A stretch of DNA of 64,000 nucleotides, taken from the NCBI GenBank assembly GCA_963724295.1, contig CAVRUC010000003.1, positions 1 through 64,000 on the forward strand, read 5' to 3'. The position numbers were made by a program, and so were the translations under genes. A model generated the notes under the pieces. The model searched no databases, was not told the DNA's origin, and saw only the letters and a list, made by a program, of their open reading frames with translations. This document shows, one piece after another, positions 1-8,860 of this stretch. Numbering within the stretch: position 1 is the first letter of the stretch; each line of letters begins with the position of its first letter. The DNA is from an uncultured Chloroflexia bacterium. Lineage in GTDB: Bacteria; Chloroflexota; Chloroflexia; Thermomicrobiales; UBA6265.

Positions 1-953
1 GCGGGATCAGCGCCGAAGACGGCACGCGCGACTTCCGTCCGGCCAGAACCGAGCAGACCCGCCAGCCCAACGATCTCGCCACTGCGGACCGCGACGCTGG
101 CGCCATCGAGCCGGGCCCCTTGCAGGTCATTTGCCTCGACCAGCAGCTCGCCGACCGGATGCGCTCCCCGGTGCTGGAATCCCGTCGCCCCGGAGCGGCG
201 TACCTCCCCGATTTCCTTGCCCAGCATGCGGGCCACGAGCTCGACCTTGCTTGCTCCGGTAATTGGACGCTCGTCGATCGTCTTGCCATCACGCATGATC
301 GTCACCCGGTCGCAGACGGCGTAGAGCTCGTCCAGCCGGTGGCTGATGTAGACCACCGCGATGCCGCGGGCCTTGAGACCGCGGATCACCTCGAACAGGA
401 CCTCGACCTCGCGTTCATCGAGCGATGAGGTCGGCTCGTCCATGATGACGATGCGCGCGTCGGTCGAGATCGCCCGCGCGATGGCCACCATCTGCTGCAA
501 CGCGATGTTGAGCGTGCTGAGCGGCCGCCGCACGTCGATATGCACGCCAAGCCGGTCCAGCACGGCCGTTGCGTCGCGGTTCATCCGCTCCCGATCGAGC
601 AGTCCCCAGCGCCGGGGCTCGCGACCCATGAAGATGTTCTCGGCCACGCTTCGATAGGGAACGAGGTTGATCTCCTGGTAGATCGTGCTGACCCCGGCGA
701 GCTGAGCCTCCTGGGGACTACGGAAGTCGACCGGTCGACCCTCCAGCACAATCGTCCCGGCGTCGCGCCGGTAGGCGCCGTTGAGGATCTTGATCAGGGT
801 GCTCTTGCCGGCCCCGTTCTGCCCGATGATGGCGTGCACTTCGCCCGGCGCCACGCGCAACGCCGCGCCATCGAGCGCGACCACACCCGGGAAGGCTTTT
901 TCAATGCCTTCCATGATCAGGAGTGGTTCTGATGCAAGCTCTGGTTCAGCCAT
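1..953 (-). CDS. Monosaccharide ABC transporter ATP-binding protein (RbsA/YtfR-like), runs off the window's left edge
   Basis: Manual translation from ATG at 953: MAEPELASEPLLIMEGIEKAFPGVVALDG...GQNGAGKSTLIKIL (Walker A)...IVIMDEPTSSL (Walker B)...YISHRL; follows the binding-protein gene. Confidence 0.92.
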   Translation of the reverse strand, partial: MAEPELASEPLLIMEGIEKAFPGVVALDGAALRVAPGEVHAIIGQNGAGKSTLIKILNGAYRRDAGTIVLEGRPVDFRSPQEAQLAGVSTIYQEINLVPYRSVAENIFMGREPRRWGLLDRERMNRDATAVLDRLGVHIDVRRPLSTLNIALQQMVAIARAISTDARIVIMDEPTSSLDEREVEVLFEVIRGLKARGIAVVYISHRLDELYAVCDRVTIMRDGKTIDERPITGASKVELVARMLGKEIGEVRRSGATGFQHRGAHPVGELLVEANDLQGARLDGASVAVRSGEIVGLAGLLGSGRTEVARAVFGADP

Positions 954-1024
954 GCACGACGGATTCCAGCTTCCTAACCTGAAAGAGCCGGCTGCTTGCT
1001 TCGACGGTCCCCATCAGCCACGCA

Positions 1025-1068
1025 CCCCCTCTCCCGTCTAGACGGGAGAGGGGGCAGGGGGTGAGGGC
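1025..1068. repeat. REP-like palindromic repeat (CCCCCTCTCCCGTC-TA-GACGGGAGAGGGGG plus GGGGTGAGGG tail)
   Basis: Perfect inverted repeat; related copies at 4546-4590, 5921-6077 and 45786-45825. Confidence 0.8.
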
Positions 1069-1073
1069 GTTGG

Positions 1074-2144
1074 TTAGAACTGCTTGCCCTGGAACTCCGC
1101 GGCGTTGCTCTCGTCGAAGAAGCGATCCTCAACCTTGACCCAATCCGGGATGTCCTCGCCGGCGATGTACTGCTGCATCGTCTCGAAGGCGATCGGGCCG
1201 AAGAACGGGCTGGACTCGACCGATGCGCCGAGAGTCCCGTCGACTATCGCGTCGAGGGCGGCGTTCGAGCCATCGATCGAGACCAGGATCACGTCCTCGC
1301 CCGGCTTGCGGCCGGATTCTTGCAGCGCCGCAATGGCGCCGATGGCCATCTCGTCATTGTGGGCGTAGACCGCGGTCACATCCGGATGTGCCTGCAGCAG
1401 TGTCTGCATGACCTCGCGGCCGATATCGCGCTGGAAGTCGGCTGTTTGCGAAGCGATGATCTCCATCCCCGCGAGCGCGCCTTCCGGCGTCGGCGTGCCC
1501 TTGAACGTTCCGGCCAGATAATCCTCGAACCCCTTTTGCCGGTCGATCGCCGGGTCCGACCCGGTGGTCCCTTCCAGCTGGATGATCTTGGCTTCGCCCC
1601 CGGTCGCCTCGACAAGCCACTCGGCCGCGCGCCGTCCCTGATCGACGAAGTCAGAGCCGATGAACGTGATGTAGTCCTCGCCTGGCTTGGCGATCTCATG
1701 ATCGACGTCGCGGTCGATGAGGATGACCGGGATGCCAGCGTCCCTGGCCTGGATCACCGATGGCGCCAGCGCCTGGGATTCGCGCGGCGGGAAGATCAGG
1801 ATATCGACACCCTGCGCGATCAGCGAATCAACGTCGGCGATCTGCTTGGCGGTATCCTCGTTGGCGTTGGTCTCAACCAGCGTGTAGCCAAGACGCGCGG
1901 CCTCATCCTGCATGCTCTTTGACTCGCCCAACCGCCAGGGGTTATTGCTGCCAATCTGCGCGAAGCCGACGGTGTAGGTGTCTTTTTCTTCGAGCGGCGG
2001 CACCTCTGCCCCAACGGGGGTGGCAAAGTAGCGGCTGGCAACGACGAGACCCGTTCCGGCCGCGGTTAGCCGCAACACCGAGCGCCGGTTCATGGTCGCG
2101 TTCAAGCTCGTGCTCCTGACTTTGAACAGTCGGGGATCGTTCAC
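1074..2144 (-). CDS. Sugar ABC transporter substrate-binding protein (YtfQ/RbsB-like), Tat-exported
   Basis: RRSVLR Tat motif; VGFAQIGSNNPWR, YAHNDEMAIGA, VSIDG motifs of periplasmic binding protein type 1. Confidence 0.9.
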   Translation of the reverse strand: MNDPRLFKVRSTSLNATMNRRSVLRLTAAGTGLVVASRYFATPVGAEVPPLEEKDTYTVGFAQIGSNNPWRLGESKSMQDEAARLGYTLVETNANEDTAKQIADVDSLIAQGVDILIFPPRESQALAPSVIQARDAGIPVILIDRDVDHEIAKPGEDYITFIGSDFVDQGRRAAEWLVEATGGEAKIIQLEGTTGSDPAIDRQKGFEDYLAGTFKGTPTPEGALAGMEIIASQTADFQRDIGREVMQTLLQAHPDVTAVYAHNDEMAIGAIAALQESGRKPGEDVILVSIDGSNAALDAIVDGTLGASVESSPFFGPIAFETMQQYIAGEDIPDWVKVEDRFFDESNAAEFQGKQF

Positions 2145-2502
2145 TGTCGTCCTCCTTCATCGAGCGATTCGGTGGCCAGTGAGCCAGCCCACCCAATAGT
2201 TACCGCCGCGGCTTCGCGGCGGTCTCGCGCATCTTGTCGCCCTGCCGAGCCGGTGCGTTTGCTAATGGCCAACCCCAGGCGAGTCCTGGGATGTCCGCGC
2301 CTCGGCGCTCGACCCGACATGAAACGACGAGGGGAATACTACCGCTCGGTGGATCATCGTCAAGCGTCAAGAGCCGCAATTTGACAGCGAGCCTCCAGGA
2401 CACAAGAATCGGTTGGTGCCTATCTGGCGCCTGAGCCGGACCGCGTGCATGGGGCGCGGTGTCCGCCTGACGTTCGCGTCTATCCCGGGAGGTTCGTTCG
2501 TC

Positions 2503-3678
2503 GTGCGCATCACCGAGGTTTCCACGCTCAAGCTGCGCTTTTCCATGGACACACCTATGGCCGATGCCATCCATTACATGCCTGAGCGCAACCTCCTGCT
2601 CGTCCAGGTCGCCACCGACGACGGGCTGGTGGGACTCGGCGAATGTGCCGCCTACGGTGGCTCCCTGGACAGCATGGAGCGCGTCGTGCTCGACGACCTG
2701 CGGCCATCGCTCATCGGCGAGGACCCCTTTCACGTCGAGCGGCTCTGGAGCCGGATGGCACGGCGCTCGCATCAACGCGGCACGACCGGCATGCTGATGC
2801 AAGCCATCAGCGGGGTCGACATCGCCCTCTGGGACCTCATCGGCCAGGCCACAAAGACTCCCCTCTACCGGCTGCTCGGCGGCTACCGGGACACGCTCGA
2901 GGCATACGCCTCGGCCGGGTTCTACGCCGGCGGCAAAGGCCTTGCCGAGCTTGCCGAAGAGGTTGGGGGCTACGCGGAACGCGGGTTTCGCACGGTGAAG
3001 ATGAAGGTCGGTCGCAATCCGGAAGTGATGCTCAACCCGCTCCCCGATATGTGGGCGCCCGATTACGCGACGGTGTCCCTCGACGAAGACGTCGAGCGGG
3101 TCCGCGCGGCGAGGGCGGCGATCGGTCCCGACGTTCGTCTCGCCATCGACGCCAACAACGCCTGGACACCGTCGGTCGCGATCCAGTTCATGCGGAGGGT
3201 GGAGGACCAGAATATCTACTGGCTCGAGGAACCGGTTGCTACCGACGACCTGGCTGGCAGCGCCGAAGTCGCGCGCTCGCTCGACGTGCCGGTGGCCGGC
3301 TACGAGACGGCGACCGGTCTGGCCAGCTTTCGGGATCTCATCGCCCAGCGCGCGGTCGACATCGTCCAACCCGACGTCATCTGGACCGGGGGCATTACCG
3401 TCTGCCGCAAGGTGGCAGCCGTGGCCCAGGCCTATGGCTTGCCGGTCGTTCCCCACGTCTTCTCATCGGCCGTGGCGGCGATGGCCAACATGCACTTCAT
3501 CGCCTCGCTGCCCAACGGCGGCTTGCTCGAGTTCGACCAGAACCCTAACGTCCTGCGCTCAGAGCTGTTCGAGGAAGCGATCGAGGTTGGGTCCGACGGC
3601 AGCGTGCGATTGCCGGAGCGGCCCGGTCTTGGCGTAACACTGAGTCAGGCGATCGTGGATCGGTACCGCTTACCATGA
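2503..3678 (+). CDS. Mandelate racemase/muconate lactonizing enzyme family (enolase superfamily) dehydratase
   Basis: GLGE, AISGVDIALWDL, KMKVG, DANNAW, WLEEP, QPD...GGIT, PERPGLG; start set at GTG 2503 after GGAGG. Confidence 0.9.
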   Translation: MRITEVSTLKLRFSMDTPMADAIHYMPERNLLLVQVATDDGLVGLGECAAYGGSLDSMERVVLDDLRPSLIGEDPFHVERLWSRMARRSHQRGTTGMLMQAISGVDIALWDLIGQATKTPLYRLLGGYRDTLEAYASAGFYAGGKGLAELAEEVGGYAERGFRTVKMKVGRNPEVMLNPLPDMWAPDYATVSLDEDVERVRAARAAIGPDVRLAIDANNAWTPSVAIQFMRRVEDQNIYWLEEPVATDDLAGSAEVARSLDVPVAGYETATGLASFRDLIAQRAVDIVQPDVIWTGGITVCRKVAAVAQAYGLPVVPHVFSSAVAAMANMHFIASLPNGGLLEFDQNPNVLRSELFEEAIEVGSDGSVRLPERPGLGVTLSQAIVDRYRLP

Positions 3679-3725
3679 CTCGCCGACGAGTCGTCTGACC
3701 GTCATGGAAACACGGAGGAGGTCTC

Positions 3726-4505
3726 GTGAGACTCGAAGGGAAGATTGCCGCGGTCACCGGCGGCGGTTCGGGCATGGGCAAGGCGATCAGCCAGGCGTAC
3801 GCTCGGGAAGGCGCCCGCGTTGTCGTCGCCGATCTCAATCTGGACGCGGCGCGGGGCGTGGCCGAGCAAATCTCGGCCGGGGGCGGCGAGGCCGTCCCCG
3901 TCCAGACGGACGTGCGGGATCAGGCCCAGGCGCAGGCGATGGTCGATGCCGCCGTCGAGCGCTTCGGCGGTCTCGATATCCTCGTCAACAATGCCGGGGT
4001 GGGCAAGATCATTCCCTTCCTGGAGACCACGAACGAGGACTGGGACTTCATGTTCGACGTCAACTGCAAGGGCATGCTCTGGTGCTCGCAGGCGGCGGCG
4101 CGGCAGATGATCGAGCAGGGGCGTGGCGGCAAGATCGTCAACCTCGCCTCCCAGGCCGGCCGCCGCGGCGAGGCGCTGGTGCTGGCCTATTGCGCGAGCA
4201 AGGCCTGCGTGATCAGCATGACGCAATCGATGGCGCTGGCACTGGCGCCACACAAGATCAACGTCAACGGCATCGCGCCGGGGATCGTCGACACGCCGTT
4301 CTGGGTCGAGGTCGACAAGCAGTTCGCGAAGCTGTTCGGTTGGGAGATCGGCGAACCGAAGCGGAAGTTTGTCGAATCGATTCCCCTCGGCCGTATCGAG
4401 CAGCCGGAGGACGTCACCGGCGCCGCTATCTTCCTCGCCTCCGCCGACTCCGATTACATGACGCAGCAAACCCTCAACGTCGACGGCGGCAACTGGCCGG
4501 GGTAG
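3726..4505 (+). CDS. SDR oxidoreductase (sorbitol/polyol dehydrogenase-like)
   Basis: TGGGSGMG, NNAG, YCASK, QTLNVDGG; GGAGGAGG RBS. Confidence 0.9.
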   Translation: MRLEGKIAAVTGGGSGMGKAISQAYAREGARVVVADLNLDAARGVAEQISAGGGEAVPVQTDVRDQAQAQAMVDAAVERFGGLDILVNNAGVGKIIPFLETTNEDWDFMFDVNCKGMLWCSQAAARQMIEQGRGGKIVNLASQAGRRGEALVLAYCASKACVISMTQSMALALAPHKINVNGIAPGIVDTPFWVEVDKQFAKLFGWEIGEPKRKFVESIPLGRIEQPEDVTGAAIFLASADSDYMTQQTLNVDGGNWPG

Positions 4506-4545
4506 GTCCGCGGAGACAGGATCCAAACACGGAGCCAGCGAAACG

Positions 4546-4590
4546 CCCCCTCTCCTGTCATCGACGGGAGAGGGGGTGGCGGTCAGGGCA
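4546..4590. repeat. REP-like palindromic repeat
   Basis: CCCCCTCTCCTGTC-ATC-GACGGGAGAGGGGG, near-identical to 1025-1054. Confidence 0.75.
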
Positions 4591-4610
4591 GTACCTCGAA
4601 GGGAGCATCC

Positions 4611-5885
4611 ATGACCCGCAACCAGACCACCGGCAACGCCATCGACCGGCTCTGGACTGAGATCGACCGGCGCGAAGATGAGTTCGTCGAGACTGTCGCC
4701 GAGCTCGTGCGGCGACCCAGCCCGCTTGGGTCCGAAGCCGAGGCCCAGTCGTACGTTGCGGAGCATCTGCGGGCATCCGGTCTCGACGTCGACGTCTGGG
4801 ATCTCGATGAGTCGATCAAGGAGCTGTCAAACGCTGGCGAAAGTGGCGTGCCCTTTCCCGGCCGTCCGAATGTCGCCGGAACCCGGAAGGGGGCGGGAGG
4901 CGGTAGGTCACTGATCGTGCAAGGGCACATCGACGTCGTCTCACCGGAGCCGGTCGCCGCCTGGACCTACGATCCGTGGCAGCCAACCGTCGTCGGCGAC
5001 CGCATGTACGGCCGCGGCGCCTATGACATGAAGAGCGGCGACGCCCTCAACCTGATGCTCCCCCGACTTCTGCGCGACCTCGGCATCGAGCTCGCCGGCG
5101 ATCTCATCGTCCAGAGCGTAATCGAGGAGGAATGCACCGGCAATGGCGCCCTCGACGCCTCCCGTCGCTACCGCGCGGATGCAGCGGTCATCACGGAGCC
5201 GACCGGCGGCCGCTTTACTCACGCCCACGTCGGCGTCCTTTGGTTCCGCATCTCCATCGTCGGCAAGTCATGGCACGCTATGCAAGCTTGGCAGGGCGTC
5301 AATGCCATCACCAGGGCCATCCCGATCATGCAAGCCCTGCATGACCTGGACGCTCGACTCAACCAGCGGACGCACCCGGCGTTCGCCGATATCGAGCACC
5401 CCATCAACCTCAATATCGGGGTCATCAACGGCGGCGATTGGCCAAGCACCGTCCCGGGCGCGTGCGAGCTGCACTGCCGGTTGAGCTGCTACCCCGGTCA
5501 GTCCGTCGCGGAGACCCGCGGCGAGATCGAGTCCGCCATTGCCGGAGCGATCGCCGGTGATTCCTGGTTTGCGGAGCACCCGCCGCAACTGGTCTGGGAC
5601 GGGTTCCAGAGCGCGGGATCGACCGTGTCGATGGACGAACCTTCAGTCAAGCTGCTGGACGAGTGGCATGAGCGGGTCTTCGGCGCACCGATGGAGCTCA
5701 AGGCCGGCACCGGCATCAATGACATGCGCTATTACAACTTCGTCGGCATCCCCGCCGGCTGCTACGGCGCCGCAGGTGGCAACGGACATGCCGCCGACGA
5801 ATGGCTCGATCTGCGCTCCCTTGTGCCAGCCGCCAAGGTCCTCGGTGCGTTCGTGCTCGACTGGTGCGGAGTCGCGTCGAAATAG
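4611..5885 (+). CDS. ArgE/DapE-family M20 metallo-deacylase
   Basis: GHIDVV, GRGAYDMKSG, EEEC, TEPT and HAADEW metal-binding motifs. Confidence 0.9.
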   Translation: MTRNQTTGNAIDRLWTEIDRREDEFVETVAELVRRPSPLGSEAEAQSYVAEHLRASGLDVDVWDLDESIKELSNAGESGVPFPGRPNVAGTRKGAGGGRSLIVQGHIDVVSPEPVAAWTYDPWQPTVVGDRMYGRGAYDMKSGDALNLMLPRLLRDLGIELAGDLIVQSVIEEECTGNGALDASRRYRADAAVITEPTGGRFTHAHVGVLWFRISIVGKSWHAMQAWQGVNAITRAIPIMQALHDLDARLNQRTHPAFADIEHPINLNIGVINGGDWPSTVPGACELHCRLSCYPGQSVAETRGEIESAIAGAIAGDSWFAEHPPQLVWDGFQSAGSTVSMDEPSVKLLDEWHERVFGAPMELKAGTGINDMRYYNFVGIPAGCYGAAGGNGHAADEWLDLRSLVPAAKVLGAFVLDWCGVASK

Positions 5886-5920
5886 CGTCCAGTCGACAAC
5901 CCGATTGTCTGCCCGGCGAA

Positions 5921-6077
5921 CCCCTTCACCCCTGCCCTTCTCCAAAAACCCCTCATCCCCAGCCCTTCTCCCCTCGGAGCGGGGAGAAGGGAGCACGATG
6001 GCCGCACGACGGAAGGCCCCTCTCCCAGCGCACTGGGAGAGGGGTTGGGGTGAGGGCTAGCGTTGGGGATGAGGGTT
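5921..6077. repeat. Cluster of REP-like palindromes between convergent genes
   Basis: CCCTTCTCCCC...GGGGAGAAGGG and CCCCTCTCCCAG...CTGGGAGAGGGG hairpins flanked by CCCTCA(C/T)CCC and GGGG(A)TGAGGG. Confidence 0.75.
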
Positions 6078-6121
6078 AGCGCTGGGTGGGAGCCGTTCAG
6101 AGCCGGAGCGATGGCCCGTGA

Positions 6122-7234
6122 TCACTGCCAATCGATGATCAGCTCGTCCAGCGGGAGGCGCGTCCGGCGCACCGGATCGCTCGCCGCGTAGCCGACGGCG
6201 ATCAACGCGTGCGGGTCCAATCTCGATTCCAGTCCGAGAGCGGCTTGAACGACGTCAGGGCAGAAGAGTGGGGCGCACATCCAGCCGCCGTCGACCCCGG
6301 CGGCGTAGAGCGACAGGAGCAGATTCTGCACCGCCGCGCCCAGACTCTGGATAGCCATCGTCACCTCTGCCTGTTGCCGGTCCGCATCGGGATAGGCGTC
6401 GAGCCCTTCCAGATAGAGACAAGGGATGATCAGGACCGGTGCGCGCTGGAGGCGATCGCGGCTCTTCTGCAGTCGCGCCTCGACGATCGTCTCGTCTTGC
6501 CCATCGAGGCGCAGCTGCGCCCGCCATGTCTCCGCCATGGCATCGGCCAGCGCGTCGCGACGCTCCTGGGATTCGACGACAACGAATCGCCACGGCTGCC
6601 GTCCATGCGGTGACGGCGCCCAGCCGGCGGCCGCGATCGCTTCCTCCACGATTGCCCGTGGTACGGGCCTCGTCTGGAAGGCGCGGACTGATCGACGGCC
6701 GCGCAGCAGCGCCGCCAGCTCTTCGCGTCCCGGCCGTGGAGAAGGCTGGTCGTCATCGAGTTCTCCACCTCGCCACGAGCGGGTCGAGAGGTGCCGGATG
6801 ACAATCGCGGGCTGCTCTTCCAGCCGCATGCGGACGTACTGCGGGTATTTCTGTCGAAGTGCGGCCAGCGCTTCGGCGTGGCCCATATCGCCCGGCTCGA
6901 TCAGGCTGGCCGAGCCACGCACCAACACCCACGCCAGCGCGTTCCAGTCTTCGTGGTACTCGTCGACCACCAGCGCGACCTCCGGGCGCTCCAGGATGTT
7001 GCGCACCCTTCGCAGCGCGCGCGGGTTGCCCTTTGGCTTCTCGTCGATGGCGATGGCGATGACCGGTTCCTCATCCATCGTGAAGCTGGCGTAGACCACC
7101 GGCACCACCGATGGCTTGCCCTGAGCATCGGCGGTAGCCAGCCGGCCGACACGGCGATCCCGGATGAACTCCAGATCGTCATCCAGACTACGCCCGCCAG
7201 CAACGAGAATCTCGACCCCGCCCATACTCACCAC
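6122..7234 (-). CDS. Fusion of an N-terminal PPOX-class (split beta-barrel, Rv0121-like) F420-dependent oxidoreductase and a C-terminal FbiB-C-type nitroreductase (candidate dehydro-F420-0 reductase)
   Basis: N-half: GRLATAD..PSVVPVVYA..AIDEKPK..LRRVRNILERPEVALVVDEYHEDWNALAWV. C-half: RRSVRAF..WAPSPHGRQPWRF..W..QLRLDG..APVLIIPCL..YPDADRQQAE.TM..GAAVQNLLL..WMCAPLF. Confidence 0.85.
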   Translation of the reverse strand: MVSMGGVEILVAGGRSLDDDLEFIRDRRVGRLATADAQGKPSVVPVVYASFTMDEEPVIAIAIDEKPKGNPRALRRVRNILERPEVALVVDEYHEDWNALAWVLVRGSASLIEPGDMGHAEALAALRQKYPQYVRMRLEEQPAIVIRHLSTRSWRGGELDDDQPSPRPGREELAALLRGRRSVRAFQTRPVPRAIVEEAIAAAGWAPSPHGRQPWRFVVVESQERRDALADAMAETWRAQLRLDGQDETIVEARLQKSRDRLQRAPVLIIPCLYLEGLDAYPDADRQQAEVTMAIQSLGAAVQNLLLSLYAAGVDGGWMCAPLFCPDVVQAALGLESRLDPHALIAVGYAASDPVRRTRLPLDELIIDWQ

Positions 7235-7241
7235 TTACGAC

Positions 7242-8831
7242 TCACGACTGCGTCTCGACCACAAGCGGCAGGATCCAGTCGTCAGGGCGCGGCGTCCACG
7301 GCGGTGCGTCGCGATCCAGACCGTAGAACGAGGTCAGACTCCAGAGATAGATGCCAGCTGGCGAGTCATGCAGCACGGCGCCCAGCTCGCGATAGATGCG
7401 GTTCCGCTCGTCGGGATCGGACTCGACCGCCCCCGCCTCGATCAGCGTCTGCGCCTCCGGATTGTCGTATCGCGAAAGGAAACCGGTGTTGGAGATGACG
7501 AGGCTGAGTAATGTGTAGGGGTCAAACAGCGGGCGCCAGGTGAGGAGCCGTAGTGGAGCCGACTCCGGGTCCTGCCAGGTGGCGTTGAACGTGGCCGTCT
7601 CGACCGGCTCCAGCTCGACGTCGATGCCTACGGCGTCAAGCTGACCGGCAATCGCCGCCGCCAGGTCGGCGCGCTCGCCCGTGGTGTAGGCCAGCCGGGT
7701 AGCGAATCCATCCGGATAACCCGCATCAGCCAGGAGCTGTTGCGCCAGCTCGGGATCGTAGGTGTGGGGCGCCAGATCTTCGTCGTAGCCGAGACCGCCG
7801 GGAACGAACAGGTTCGGCAGACGGACGCCGTTGCCGCCCAGCAAGCTGGCGATGATCGACTCGACGTCGACCGCGTGGTTGAGCGCCAGCCGCACCTTCT
7901 CGTTGTCGAACGGCGCGACATCGGTCGGGATGCGCACGAACGCGCACCCCGCGATTGGCTGCTCCACCACCTCTGCCGCCGCCGCGACCGTCTCCAGCTC
8001 GTCGAACGGCACGGCCCGCACCAGCTGACTGGTTCCAGAGACGACGTCGCTGACGCGGGTCGTCGCGTCCGGCACGAAGCGGAAGGTGACCCTCGCCGCA
8101 TCCGGCTCTCCCTTGGCAGTCTCGCCAAAATAATCGCCATTTCGCTCGAGCACGATCCGCGACCCACGCTGCCAGCGCTCGAAGCGGTAGGGACCCGTCC
8201 CGACCGGGTTGTTGGCGAATTCATTGGCCGGATCACTCGCGTACGCCGGTGGCAGAAGCACCAACCACGGAGCCATAAGCGAGGGCAACCATGGTGCCGG
8301 CGCCGAGAGGAGCAGTCGCACGGTACGCGAATCGACCTCTTCGACGTCTTCGATCACCTGAAAATTGCCGGCGATCTGTGACCCCGTCTCGGGATCGAGG
8401 ATATGGTCGATAGAGAATGCGATCGCGGCGGCGTCCAGCGGCTCGCCGTTGTGAAAGGTGATGTTCGGCCGCAGCCTGATCTCCCAGGTCAGCGGATCGA
8501 CCTGAGTCATTGACTCCGCCAGCACCATCTCCAGCGCCCCGTCCGGTCCTAGCTGCACGAGCGCGTCGTAGATCGAATGAACGACAGACCAACCGTCTGA
8601 TTCATAGACCAGCGCCGGATCGAGGGTCGCCGGCTCCACTGCAAGGTCGATCGTCAGGTCCTCGGCGGGCTGGACTGCCGGCGCCAGTCGCTCCGCATCT
8701 CCCCGATTGCCCTCTGGGCGCCCCGGGATCCCCTTCGCCATGCCTGGCAAGACGAATGCTGAACCCGCTGCCGCGCCTGTTGCAGCGAGCAGACCGCGGC
8801 GGGATACCGACCCCAACCGATCGAGATCCAT
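7242..8831 (-). CDS. Family 5 (Opp/Dpp/Nik-type) ABC substrate-binding protein, Tat-exported
   Basis: SRRGLLAA Tat motif; TLDP, IYDALV, FHNGEPL, PVGTGPYRF, VRLALNHAVD; ATG 8831 preceded by AAGGAGG. Confidence 0.9.
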   Translation of the reverse strand: MDLDRLGSVSRRGLLAATGAAAGSAFVLPGMAKGIPGRPEGNRGDAERLAPAVQPAEDLTIDLAVEPATLDPALVYESDGWSVVHSIYDALVQLGPDGALEMVLAESMTQVDPLTWEIRLRPNITFHNGEPLDAAAIAFSIDHILDPETGSQIAGNFQVIEDVEEVDSRTVRLLLSAPAPWLPSLMAPWLVLLPPAYASDPANEFANNPVGTGPYRFERWQRGSRIVLERNGDYFGETAKGEPDAARVTFRFVPDATTRVSDVVSGTSQLVRAVPFDELETVAAAAEVVEQPIAGCAFVRIPTDVAPFDNEKVRLALNHAVDVESIIASLLGGNGVRLPNLFVPGGLGYDEDLAPHTYDPELAQQLLADAGYPDGFATRLAYTTGERADLAAAIAGQLDAVGIDVELEPVETATFNATWQDPESAPLRLLTWRPLFDPYTLLSLVISNTGFLSRYDNPEAQTLIEAGAVESDPDERNRIYRELGAVLHDSPAGIYLWSLTSFYGLDRDAPPWTPRPDDWILPLVVETQS

Positions 8832-8860
8832 CTGTTCCTCCTTCGGCAACGCGCGTCGCC

